Assembly (NCBI GenBank): GCA_964304625.1
Contig: OZ199839.1
Location: 11,494,395-11,558,394, forward strand
Direction of reading: 5' to 3'
DNA length: 64,000 nucleotides
From: Kudoa neothunni
Taxonomy: Eukaryota; Animalia; Cnidaria
Part shown: positions 52,085 through 64,000 of the stretch, in pieces
Layout of the letters: the number at the start of each line of letters is the position of its first letter
Numbering within the stretch: the stretch's first letter is position 1
The notes under the pieces: generated by a model
Databases searched by the model: none
Seen by the model: only the letters and a program-made list of their open reading frames with translations
Told to the model about the DNA's origin: nothing
Translations under genes and position numbers: made by a program

Positions 52085-53555
52085 ATGAAACTGTGCTTTT
52101 TCAAAATATTTGTTGTGCTATATTTCCCAAATTTGTTTGCAGGTATATAAACATATTCATCATATTCTGATAATATGTTAGATCCCATATTACCCTCTTA
52201 CGAAAGAGATGAGGGAGATTGGCCTGTCGGTGTACAAATAAGTATGGACAATGTCATTGATAGATGGTTCATTGACATCCAAGATGCTAAATGCAAACCT
52301 CTCGAATACCGAGGTATCAAAGGAAACTATAATAATTTCGCCTCAAAGGGACTATGTGAACTTCACGGTATTTTTCTAAATTAGTGTAAATTTCTGATAA
52401 TATCTTGCAGGAACGTTGACAACAAAAGAAAAAATTCAAGGATGCAAAAAACCCATGCATCCAGGACATTGCGTAAAAAACACACAAACAAGTAATCAAT
52501 TCTACTTTGATCAAACAAACGCCAAATGTGTTTCGTTCCCATATAATGGATGTGGGGGGAGCTTTAATCGTTACATTGATGAAAAAGAATGCAAATTATA
52601 TTGCTTAAGTAAAAAAATATGAACATTTCCATTGGACTAAATAATTTTTGTAGATAAAAGGAATGGCGGGCTTACAAATTCTGATGATGACAAAATAAAA
52701 GCAGCCGATCCTGAGATCATATTCGCAGTACCAAATACATTGGATTGCGAACTTAGACCTGATGTTAAAGACAAAGATCCAAACACAGCAATTATTGCTG
52801 ATAGAGAGAAAAACAAGTGTGCTTATGCAGCAGTCTCATTAGACTCAAACACAAGAGGGATATTCAATTCGTTTGGCGAATGTGTCAAAACATGTTTTCG
52901 TATAATTATTATTCATAATATCTTCGTCTTACATAATCTAGCATATCCAAATACACAATCTACTGGTGATGGTGTAACGCAATATAACAGGAGAATAGCT
53001 GCATGCGACATTGGTCCAACTCAAGTTGCTATAGATAACCCAGATGACCCATCAGCTGATATTGAGTTCCGATATTATTATGATCGTGAGAGAAAAGTGT
53101 GTAAACGCATGGAAACCAAACGAGCTACAGTATCATCCGTCTTTGTTCCAACAAAAAATGATTTTCCAACTATGGAAATGTGTCATAGTTATTGCGGAGC
53201 GGGTACTTACGTTGATTCATTAAAAAAATTAAATTATAAAGTCTTTCTATGGTTATATCGGATTAAAAATTATTTTGAATTCGGAATAAATTTAGAAAAG
53301 TATAAAAAAGAAATTGTGATCGAAGAAACCTGCGTTAAAGACAAAATGGGTGAAATCGGCAAAAACGAAAATGCATTCAAAGTTAAAAGATTCTATTATG
53401 ATGCATCTAATAAGAAATGCAAAGCTTTTTATTACAAAGGATATGATGGGAACTCTAACAATTTTAAAACGGGGAATGAATGCATGGCGATCTGTGGTGG
53501 TCATTACAACAATGGAGACCCAATTATTGTAGAGGATATTCCTCAAACAGTATAG
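52085..53555 (+). CDS. Secreted multi-Kunitz/BPTI protein, five domains
   Basis: Signal-peptide-like MKLCFFKIFVVLYFPNLFA. Kunitz motifs: RWFID..CKPLEYRGIKGNYNNF; CKKPMHPGHC..FYFD..CVSFPYNGCGGSFNRY..CKLYC; two divergent repeats; RFYYD..CKAFYYKGYDGNSNNFKT..C..IC. The first three introns, between domains, are phase 1. Confidence 0.92.
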
Positions 53556-53986
53556 GTATCATTCATATCGCCTTTTCTTTTCGAAATCATTATAAATTCA
53601 ATCAATCAACTCTTTACTTCTTGATTTCTTATATATAAATTATTATATACAATTTTTGAGCATTAATAAACTTCAAACAAATTATTTAGTAGGTTTGTAA
53701 TGTTACGAGTGTGTGTTTTTTAACTTGAGAAATACCTTCTTTGTGATCTAGTTTTGCGTTTCTGTTTAACCACCAATAGAGTATCAATTTCTTTATTATC
53801 AAAGCATTATTTTTACGGGAAAATAGCAAATAATAAACTGACATGTTTTGTTGTAATGTCACATAGTCGCACTATTTCTACCGCCTAATAATTTGTAACT
53901 CTAAGTTAACTCTCACCACGAATAACATATTTAAAAATAAACTAAGTAAAATATAAAACCTTCAATAAAAATGGTTAATTCTTCAC

Positions 53987-54146
53987 GTAAATATGATGAT
54001 GATGATGATGTAAATATGATGATGTAAATATGATGATGTAAATATGATGATGATGATGTAAATATGATGATGTAAATATGATGATGATGATGATGTAAAT
54101 ATGATGATGATGATGATGATGATGTAAATATGATGATGTAAATATG
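53987..54146. repeat. Compound minisatellite GTAAATAT(GAT)n
   Basis: About 9 GTAAATAT units, each followed by 2-6 GAT triplets. Confidence 0.92.
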
Positions 54147-54745
54147 TGCCAGGAAATTACTAACGTTTAGGGTAACTCAAACATAAATCGGCTACCTGTA
54201 TGACAATAAACCATTAGACAATCACGTCATTATAACAACAGTAGCGCGAACTATTCAGTGTTGCTTGGGAGCGATTTCGCTTAGTGATGTTTCTTAATTA
54301 TATTCAAAAAATATATTAATGTTTCAAATTAACTTATAGAAGCGGTAAAACTAAAAAAATTTAAAGGATCATAATTGAAGACTTGGATTTTTAAATTTTA
54401 ATCCTGATCATTGTAGAACAAGGATGTACTAATCCCGGTGTTCTTTTAACGGTATCGTGGCGTGGTCCGGCGATAAATAATTTAAGGTCTGCATCATACT
54501 TTTCTGCATTCTCAATTTATATAAATTACCGTAAACTGTCTTACAAAACGTCATTTTCCCCCCGGGGATTTTTCAAAGCCGATTCTGATCCGGCTCAAAA
54601 AGTTTAAGCCACACTTTTTGGGTAAGTAACCAAAGATATAAAGATAGAACAAAATCTAGGAAATTGATTTTTATTACTCAAATTAATCTCTTGGTCTGGC
54701 ACCAACTTCAGTGCCCTCTTTCTCAAAAACACATAAAAATCGTGT

Positions 54746-54959
54746 CAATATCAACCTAATTATTTTAAATAATAAGGAATATAAATAAACCGCTCGCACT
54801 GAATTTAATCATTGAAAATTCAACTTTACGATCGATTTCAACTAAATCTAAGCAATATCAACCTAATTATTTTAAATAATAAGGAATATAAATAAACCGC
54901 TCGCACTGAATTTAATCATTGAAAATTCAACTTTACGATCGATTTCAACTAAATCTAAG
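54746..54959. repeat. Perfect 107-bp tandem duplication
   Basis: 54746-54852 is identical to 54853-54959. Confidence 0.92.
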
Positions 54960-56858
54960 GACATTTGCTTTTTGACAATACAGTAGCGCAGGGTTATTAC
55001 TAGGGGTTAAGATCGGTTTTGGTTTTAAAAATTTGTTTTTTAATTAATATAATTTAGCTTCTAATATTAATATATGCTGTATTTTAAACAACGAATGACT
55101 AAAATAATAATCAATCACATTTTATATATTTTTGGTAATGGTAAAATATGCGGCACTTATAGGACATCCTCTTACGCATGCTTTTTCGTATTTCTTTTTC
55201 ACGACTCTTGATAATAAAATAAAAGAATACGGAGAGTAAAAATTCAGCTGAAAATAATAACTTCAAAATTTTGAGAATTATTCATCCGGACGTGGTCGAA
55301 TGTCGAATACACGTGTAATCTCCATCTTTTTTCAACAAACATTGAATTATTTTGTTTGTTTCTTAGCTATTATTTCAAAAGTTATTTATTGTTATTATTT
55401 AGATTTTTTACTATTGATATATAAACAATTTTATACAAACTAACTTTAAAAATAAACTTTTTGCAAATTTCACCAAAATATCTCTTGTTTAACTATAAAA
55501 AAATAGTTTTGAATTTTAAAAAATATATCTTTATGTTGTACAATTTGTTTTAGTTTATAATTTTTTTTCCTAAATTTCTTATTAGAAAATAAAAATTTAT
55601 TCAATTTTTATTATTAAAATTCAGAAACCTATTCTTTTTAAATGAAAATAATGAGTTTTTTACCTCGCAGTATCTGTAATATATCGGAAAAAAAATAATA
55701 CGCTAAAATCTTATTGTTTTATAAGATTTTTTATGTGTCAAAATTTAGTCACAAATTCGGCAAAATATAGGAATTGAGAATTTTCCAAAGTTAAAACACA
55801 AAATATGATGAACCATTATTATTTTTATTGGTACACATATAGCAGGGTGAAACCAATAAATTTATAAAAATAACAATTCTTTGAATTTATAATAACAATA
55901 TTTTGCGTTCATCGAATGTTATACTAAATACACACGTAAGAATTCTTCTAATAAAGTAATAATTTCATATAATCCATCTTAAGTTATTTACCTATTGAAA
56001 GTAAATATTTATCTAAAATATAGTGTTTATTTATTATTAAAAAACTTGTCACTTCTAAAAAAATTGAAAAAATTCATTTTGAGAGCACGTAGTTATTTTC
56101 TCGTTTTGAAACCATTCACATTTAAAACCAACAAAAAAATGTATAGCTAAATTTGATATTGTAAAATTTGTTTTTATAAGGTATTGGACGCATTTCCCTT
56201 ATAATATTAGGATTAGCACGACATCCAAAAACTATATAATATTAAGGAACAACGCGCGTACTCGATTATATTCCAGTTAGTGTTGGTCTCTCTGTAGCGC
56301 ATCTTACGCCAGGCCTCGTAGACATAACAACATCGATATAAAAAATATCATTGTCGGACGTTTGACACCATTTGGAGTTTTGGGTTTACGACAATCATCT
56401 ATATGAGTCAAATCAATTCAACAATATTTAAATCACCAATTAACATTATTACATCATTGAATTCATTTTTCCATGAACGTAACACGGATACATCATACGA
56501 GAAAATTATTATTGCACAATGCGTGGAGCGAATAAATTTCCTAATAATGAAAAATCATATAAACATTCTATTTAAATGCTAAAACAAGTTAAATGAAGAA
56601 AATTGAATATTTACTCCGCTAAATTACAAGAATGAAGAGGTTTGGTTTTTCTTAAGTAACGTCTTATATCACTGGTTCCTAAAGACCAACTTCTTTTCTT
56701 TTTTTTACATTAATTTATAATCCATTTTCACAATTTTTTGGTCAATTATGTTTTAAAAAGAATTCTTTAAATAGGTAAAAATAATTTTTTTGGACCTATA
56801 GACACTTCTTTACACTCCGTATAAAATATTCTAAATGTATTTTTATTTATTTCTAGAT

Positions 56859-59445
56859 CATCTTTCTTCATTACGACTACACAAGATTCGTTCAGCTTGA
56901 ATCATATCAAATGCATGTATCGTATGATGAATCTAAAGATTCGATCAAATGGTTGTTAAATGCATTAGTTGATGCTGATCCTTTATTGATGACAAATTTA
57001 TGAACAATAATAACAGTGAAATATCAATGCCTCTAAAAGTGCTTTAACATAACGTTTGAATCTATTTCCCTATTGATATGTATATGTAGGTTTCATCTCT
57101 GTCAAATTTCCAGCGTGAAATTAAATAGGAAAATATGGTATCAATTCAGAATGGAAGCTCTTCTATGAACATTTTAAATTAAATAGTTTATATTATTAGT
57201 AAAGATCAATTTTATTCCTATGTGATAAATTATGTGGCACAGAGTCCCCAACGTCTCTATTTATTTTGATAAAATTAGGAACTCAATCGTAAACTAATGG
57301 ATAATTGGCTTAGGTTCAGCCGAAAATTATAATAACTGCAAAAATTTTAGATTGGAATCAATAAATGGCAAAATTAGATGCATTATTAAAATTTTTCAGC
57401 TCCACATGAAATCTTAATATATTTCTTCAGTTACTTGAAATCTATGAGAATTGAAAGAAAATTACCAATAATAATCGGGTTTTTAAAATCATATGTTACC
57501 ATAACTAACAACGAAACTTTCAGGCATTACTATACTCATAGGAAACCCAACACATCTAATATTGTTTGGGAGGAATTATCCAAAATAAAAATTAGAAGGA
57601 GACTGAAGATAAGTAGAGCATTTGTTATTGGGCTCACCAAAAAACAATCAATAAAAGTCGAATTAATAATTTTTTTGGATAAAATTTGGATTTATGAATT
57701 AAAAAAATTGTGACTCATTGAATTTAATAAAACTAACATTTTAACAAATCAATAAAATTGTTTTCAAGAAAAATAACATAAAATGTGGAAAATATTAAGA
57801 TTACGACAAACAAAAGGTAAAAACATAGTTTCATTCAAAAATACGAGGGAGTTCGGAAGCCTCGGTTTTTTTGCTATTTATAGCCATTGGAATCACTTGT
57901 GAAAAGTTAGCTGTTACCTGTGTCACATTAAAATTTGTAACGTGCGAGTTGGTGGAAAATTTGAATTAATTGGCCAAGAATGTCGTAAATTAGCATTCAT
58001 TACTATTATTAAATCAAGAAAAGTACGGTTTTGGTACATGTGAGATGATTAAGGTATGGTTTTAATAAACAAATTCTCCACTTTAAATTGAAAAAAAACT
58101 TTTACACATTTCTTGGAAAAAATATAATCGAATATATTTGTGGAATCAAATTTTTAATATCTCATTTATTCTAGAAGATATTCCCATCCATGCTTATAGT
58201 TAATCCCTAATGGGGATTAAATGGATCCATGAAAATAACCACTTCCTTAACCAAATTCCTTTTGATAAATAATAATAAGTGTGGATTAAGATTATTAGAG
58301 GATATTCTTAAAGTGCTTGAGTATTTATTATCGGAATATAGAATTGACGATATTTTAATGTATTCGATTTGTATTTGTCTGAACAATTAATGAATTGTTC
58401 GAGTTTGGGGAAAATTTACATATATTATATATTTTGATAATATGCCACGAAAAAATTTCTTTGTTTGATTGGTACTTAGGTATGAATTCCATTCTCTAAG
58501 CTCATTGTTTCTAATTCGTATATTTGTTTATATTATATTATTACGTCAAATCTTGGTTTTATAACTTTTTGTTGAATTTATTTCCCTTAGTGAAATTAAA
58601 AAATTAATTAATTTTTTTAAGAGTTGCAAATAATTTAAAAATGAACGATTAACGCTGATAAAATACGAAAATAAAATGAGCCTACGGAATGGAGATGTTT
58701 TGTGGCAATTAGGATTCACACCATTGGACAGTCATAGGTAATAACAGGACCTGTTAAATATTTCACTAAGATTTTTGTTACGTGTAATGTTTATTCCACC
58801 TTATAGGGAATCCCTTTGTTCAATTATTCATATTTTATATTGATACCTGTATTATCATGATCATCATCCGTGCTTAAAGTTTATTTTTAGCAGGTTAAAG
58901 ACTTAACTGTAACATGTAAGCTTCAATTTGAGAGTATGGATGCTTGTTGGATGATTGTATTTGTCTTTACTCATCAATTATTGATAAAATCGTCCAACGC
59001 TGGATCAACCATTAAACTATACGTAAAAACTTTATGAAAGACTGATTTAAATTATTTATAGACTGGTATTACATTATTACTGAAAGATGGTCTGATTCAC
59101 ATAACACCATTCACATTTGAGAACAACATTTCAACTACTCAGAGTATTATTATTAAAATTCAAGATGGAGTGTGTTCATGTATCATCGTCTTTTTATAAT
59201 TAAATTTCTAATATTCTTAAATTTTAGTGGAACATGTCAGTAATAATGATGAAATTCTGAGTGCCATAGGACAATGTTTACACCATTCCATACAAAAGTT
59301 TGGTCAAATTTATTTCTCACCTTCTTTTCTGCCTGAAGCCTATTTTGTGTTTCCATCCACCTTTATGAATTCGATGTAAACAGTTATATATGTTTATAAA
59401 GTACATGTGGTAGTGCAAGGATACACGTCAGATTGTTGGGATTAA
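56859..59445 (+). pseudogene. Probable decayed multi-exon gene of unknown family
   Basis: Exon-like frames with short introns (IIFLHYDYTRFVQLES..; TGITLLLKDGLIHITPF..; VEHVSNNDEILSAIGQCLHHSIQKFG..), interrupted by stops. Confidence 0.3.
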
Positions 59446-59804
59446 AATAATAGTTAAGTAAATTTGTTTAATGCGATAACCACAGTAAGCGTCTTCAATG
59501 ATTGAATCATGCATTACCCCCGCAATCAGTTAAAAAATAATGTATATTTCAATTTTCCGATAATGTTATCGTGGTTAGCCCATAAAAAAGGATAAGATTT
59601 GTGTTTTAATTTTTCTTGTTTTAAAATTCTTCTCATTGTAGACAAATAATTAAAATATACAAATATCTAATAGAGATATCATATCTGGATGTTTTTAACC
59701 CTCCATGTAAACGAAAATAAGGCATCCTTAGAGTAAAATAGTGAAATGATAAAATAGAGTGCATTTAGATCCAAGAGACTTTTCTCTTTAATTTATTGAC
59801 TTAA

Positions 59805-62463
59805 TCCTCTAAGGTGAGCGAAAACGACCATCCTCCAAAGTCACTTGAGGTCCAAACGACCCAAGTTTTTTATTCGATGAATTAACTTAATAAATAAAGA
59901 TATAAGGTTTTATTAAGTTTAGAATATTTCTGTCGAATAAATTTTAAAGAAAAAGCCGAACACTTGTGTAATTAATCCGTTACTATCTCATCCGTGCCAT
60001 GTCAGGTTGAATCGAAAGTAATTGTTGTATAAAACCGTTGATGAATAATCTTATATTTTTAATAAATAAACAATTCAAGTGAATTGACTTAATGATTAAT
60101 ATTTTTATGGAAAATTTTAAATTTCATATTTAAGTTATTGTTCAAGAGAGTATTTCTACTCAGCTCGAATAGTTCCCCCGATCAAAAGGTGCCTGCACAA
60201 AAAATGAATAAAACTGATAAATATGTTGATTAATATAAATCTTTGACAAGTAAATTTGTAGATAACTCTACGGAATCATCTGAAACGTTCATTAAATCGG
60301 TGGATGTGAAAATACTGAGGACTCAATAATCAGTAAAAGCGGCATTGTGTGGGGTTTTAGTAAACCGATAACGTCAAGAAAAGGCTCGGCAATACCATGA
60401 AAACACCGCCTAGCCCTACTTCGTATTTTACTCAGCAGTTTGAAAGCATGTTAGTTTGCTTTCATCCTATGTACTATCATAATTTTTTGAATAAATAATC
60501 TAATATATCAATTTTATGAAGATTTCATTTCAGAGGTGATTGAATTCTATTAATAAATTTCTCCAAATAGATTATATTTACTTTTTACGATTCTATAAAT
60601 GTATTTTATGTGTGTAAATGGAAGTTTGCCATATCTATTTTAATTAGCGGTCACCTGTGAATAATTAAATTCTTACAAAAAATAAACATTAATTAATTTT
60701 ATAAAATTTTTATTACATTCTATGTAAGTAAAATGAATAACACAATCGAACCTGGATATTAAGCAATTTTTTGGGAATGGAAATAAATTACACAATGGGG
60801 AGATTTTACGCAATACAGGCTATTAGCGCGAGCGCGTTACGTATAAAAAACAAAAATTTATTCGGGTTTAAAATTTAAAATTACCGGTAATTTCAGTTTG
60901 TTTGCATTAATTTTTGATTATATTAAATAGGAACTCCATAACTGGATGTGTTTTGAAAATAATGCTGTTGAGTTTTTGAACATAAAAGTTTTATAATTAA
61001 ATTATTTGAATATTTGAGTTCCGCAATTGACACAAGCGTTTTATCTTTTACAAGGTTTGGATTGATATTTCATTAAATCTATCTACTATATGCGCTTCAG
61101 TTAAAGCTATTGATTCTCCGTTTCTTCAATGTTGTTGATTTCGTCATAATTTTTTATCGAAAAATTAAAGTTGATAAACAATTAAATAATGTGTCAAATT
61201 TTTCAACATTTTTTCGGAAAAATCATGATTTAAGTTTTCATTATCAAATAATGTTTAATTTAATATTTTGGAGAGTTAAAATACAAGGTTCAAAAAGTCT
61301 AGATTCTCTTAAGAAATTTTAAGTGATAGTCGTTGATACGCTTTCCGTTGCATGTTTTAAAGTTTAAATAAAACCAAAATGATATTCTTAAATAAATTTG
61401 AGTTATTCATATTTATTATGTTTCACTATTTCTATCCTAGTGACATTGTTGGGAATTTTCCCAAAAAATTAATCATAGTTTGATTATTTACATTGTTGGT
61501 TTCACCATAAAATTTTTTATAATTAATTCCAAGCCTATGTTTAAATCCCAAGAACCAAACATTACTACCGGTGAAATTGTCTATGTTTATGGATTTAACG
61601 TTATTTTTGTCTTTTTCACGATGACGTAGATGACGTAAGCAAGCACAACTTTTTTCTCATTTGCATTTTAGCTATCCATGTAAAGAATAAACTATCTAAC
61701 TCTGTGTACTTGTCTTCATTTATTTTTTTTTTGAAGCCGAAATAGTAGAATTAATGATATCAATTTGGAAAGCTAAAATTATATTAATAATAGGGCGCCT
61801 TGAAAATATATTATATTTTGTTTCGATAATTTTATATTATTAGATGGTTTAGGATGTTTAAAGATCGTTGCATTTTCTCCTTTGAGTGATTTAATCGAAT
61901 TATAATATTCGATAATTTCAATTTTTTCAGCCACCGTTCGCTAATTCCTTAACATTTTTTTGCAAAATTCAAAAATAGGATTAATTGAGGATGGAAGTGG
62001 ACTAGATGTTACGCAGTAGCGAGATTTTAGTTTTAACGATATATCTTAAATTTATATTTCTCTAATAAACATTTTCATCTTTTTTCGCTCCGGTAACATT
62101 AATTTAAATAATATACAAGCAAAGTGTAAGTAAACAATTTAAAACATCCGTTATATTTCAACAAACTTGAGAAATTACGCAATATCCAGCTTCGACTGTA
62201 CTTGTTTAACTACACTCTTATTTATTCTTAGAATATATTGACTACAAAACGTCGTGGGTTAAATTGGACCACTAAAGTCCTTAAAGGATAATATTTTTTC
62301 AACACCTAATTTTTATTCAATCGGTTTAAGATTTTAAAAGAATGAAAAATATTCAAAAATAGGATATTAAATAGAATTTCACGAATTTCTGATTATTACA
62401 TACATAATACCTGGTAAATTAATCATGATTTGAGGCCTAATAGACCTCAACGTCCTTAACGGG
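59805..62463 (+). mobile_element. Internally deleted piggyBac element, copy 2, with about 1.5 kb extra internal sequence
   Basis: TTAA|TCCTCTAAGG..CCTTAACGGG|TTAA. About 59805-60740 and 62255-62463 align with the copy at 28080-29243. Confidence 0.8.
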
Positions 62464-63394
62464 TTAATGTCTTATTACATGTTTAAAATTTTTTGTACAA
62501 AATACGCATGGTTTTGACGATAATTTCACATTGAAATATTCCCCAGCACGGACACGTTATTGCTAAATGCAGAGGTCACAAAATTTTTTGATTTTCATAA
62601 GCTTTTAGGGTTGGATTAAAATTTTTTTGAAGAACAGTTGTAAAATGAAACAAAAGTAATATAAATATAAAAAATAATGAATATGTATTTGTATGTGAAC
62701 GTGATTATAACAGGAAATTGAGTCATGTGACAGAATTTAGTATATTTCCGTTTTGAGACACCCTATGGGAGATCGGACCATCCGTCGTCTACCGTATAAT
62801 ACCAAAAAAATCGTGATTTTATGTATATTTGTGATTATAAACAAGAATTACAATTTTTTCGAGAATAAAATTCACAGTTTATTAATTTTATCATACTCAA
62901 ATTGTGTAGATTCTAATAAGAAGTTCATTATTCGAGTTTTAAATATTTTTATTATTTCTTTTCTATCCAACACTCTGAGATAAGTAAATAATTTTGTAAA
63001 ATACTGTATATGATGCTATAAAATATCTAAGGAACGGTTATTATTGCCCATCATTTAAATTGCTATTATCAAATCAATTAAACCCAATCAGATAAAAATT
63101 AGAGATATTTGATTTAATTGAATAAGCTTAAACAATTTCAAATTTAAAACTCTTAGGAATATAGGAATCAAATAAAAATTAACACATATATCATCGATTT
63201 GTACATTTTACATTTAGGACCTTGCTATACTAGTGAGTCGATTTTCTCTTCTGTTTCAATTAAAATAAAATAAAAATAAAAAGGAGATTAAGTGTGGATT
63301 TTTAATCAATACTCATATAATAAAATAATGCATTGATAGTCTTTAAGTAAGTTAACACAACTTCACGTGCGTAAGCGTATTCGAGTGTTAGGAG

Positions 63395-63468
63395 GTTCAC
63401 CGCGGGTCGGATTAAATGTATCGGAGGTCTGGATTTGGCCCACAGTCCGTATTTTCGTGGCCACCGCC
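63395..63468. mobile_element. Degenerate right end of a Charlie/MER5-like hAT MITE
   Basis: GC-rich GCGGGTCGGATTAAA..GGATTTGGCCCACAGTCCGTA resembles Charlie-type subterminal sequence. Confidence 0.4.
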
Positions 63469-64000
63469 AAATGCTAATAAGATTTGAGAATCGTTCATTT
63501 CAAAATAACTTATTAATTCGAATAATTAAGATATTTATCATAAAAATATCTCTTTATTTTTGGTAATATCTTTAATCGTAACATTGGATTTCCCGATCAT
63601 TATGAGATATTTTGCAATAACGTAATATTATTTTGTAATAATTATTAAATTCTATAAATTAAAGTGATTTTTATATAAATTTTTGTCACAAATGAAGATA
63701 GACTTAAACTCTGTGCTAAGAAAAATTTTCAATACCACAAAACTAATGCAATCAAAACTCGATTATACGGGAAATTTGGAACCAGCGATTTTCACTCCAG
63801 ATAGCGAGGTTCCGGTTAATCGAATGCAGAAGCTATTTGCATAATTAAATTTAATCCTAAACGTCAAGTCCGCTTGTACAAAAAGAAATTTTAATCTAAG
63901 CAACTCAAACTTACAAGTTGTTTATAGGTTTAATTTTTTAGAATCTGCTATATTTAATTATTTCCGGTCCCTAAGAGCGGAACTGTTGATCGGAAAGAAT

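Noticed and set aside
53987-54146. Repeat-spacer pattern resembling a CRISPR array
   Set aside because: The spacers are just GAT runs, the unit is 8 bp, there are no cas genes, and the context is eukaryotic.
1-64000. tRNA, rRNA, snRNA or spliced-leader genes
   Set aside because: I recognised no convincing cloverleaf or conserved RNA motif by eye. An Infernal/tRNAscan run is needed to exclude them.

Overview
Very AT-rich eukaryotic DNA (about 25% GC by eye), not prokaryotic. Genes are split by many tiny GT-AG introns, mostly about 40-60 nt, so the ORF track shows only fragments. I spliced the genes by hand, so exon boundaries are approximate. The gene set, strong protein divergence and mini-introns suggest a reduced parasitic metazoan such as a myxozoan; that taxon call is inference. 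Recognisable genes: the 3' part of tomosyn/STXBP5, a band-4.1-type FERM protein, a ClC-3/4/5-like chloride transporter, a minimal TAF11 head-to-head with a shortened GCC2/GCC185 golgin, a secreted saposin-like protein, a decayed CD39/E-NTPDase-like gene, a divergent mago nashi, and a secreted five-Kunitz protein. The spacers are full of decayed DNA transposons (Merlin, piggyBac, hAT, pogo/Tigger, MULE), several with TIRs and target-site duplications. Most notable: (1) the CLC has substitutions at Ser-cen, Tyr-cen and the proton glutamate together; (2) three candidate host-interaction genes (SAPLIP, atypical penta-Kunitz, apyrase-fold gene lacking catalytic motifs) lie in TE-rich DNA; (3) a 1.36-kb MULE-derived insert is bracketed by an exact 32-bp direct repeat inside a GCC2 intron; (4) a hAT end resembles fish elements. 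All homology calls come from remembered motifs, not database searches.
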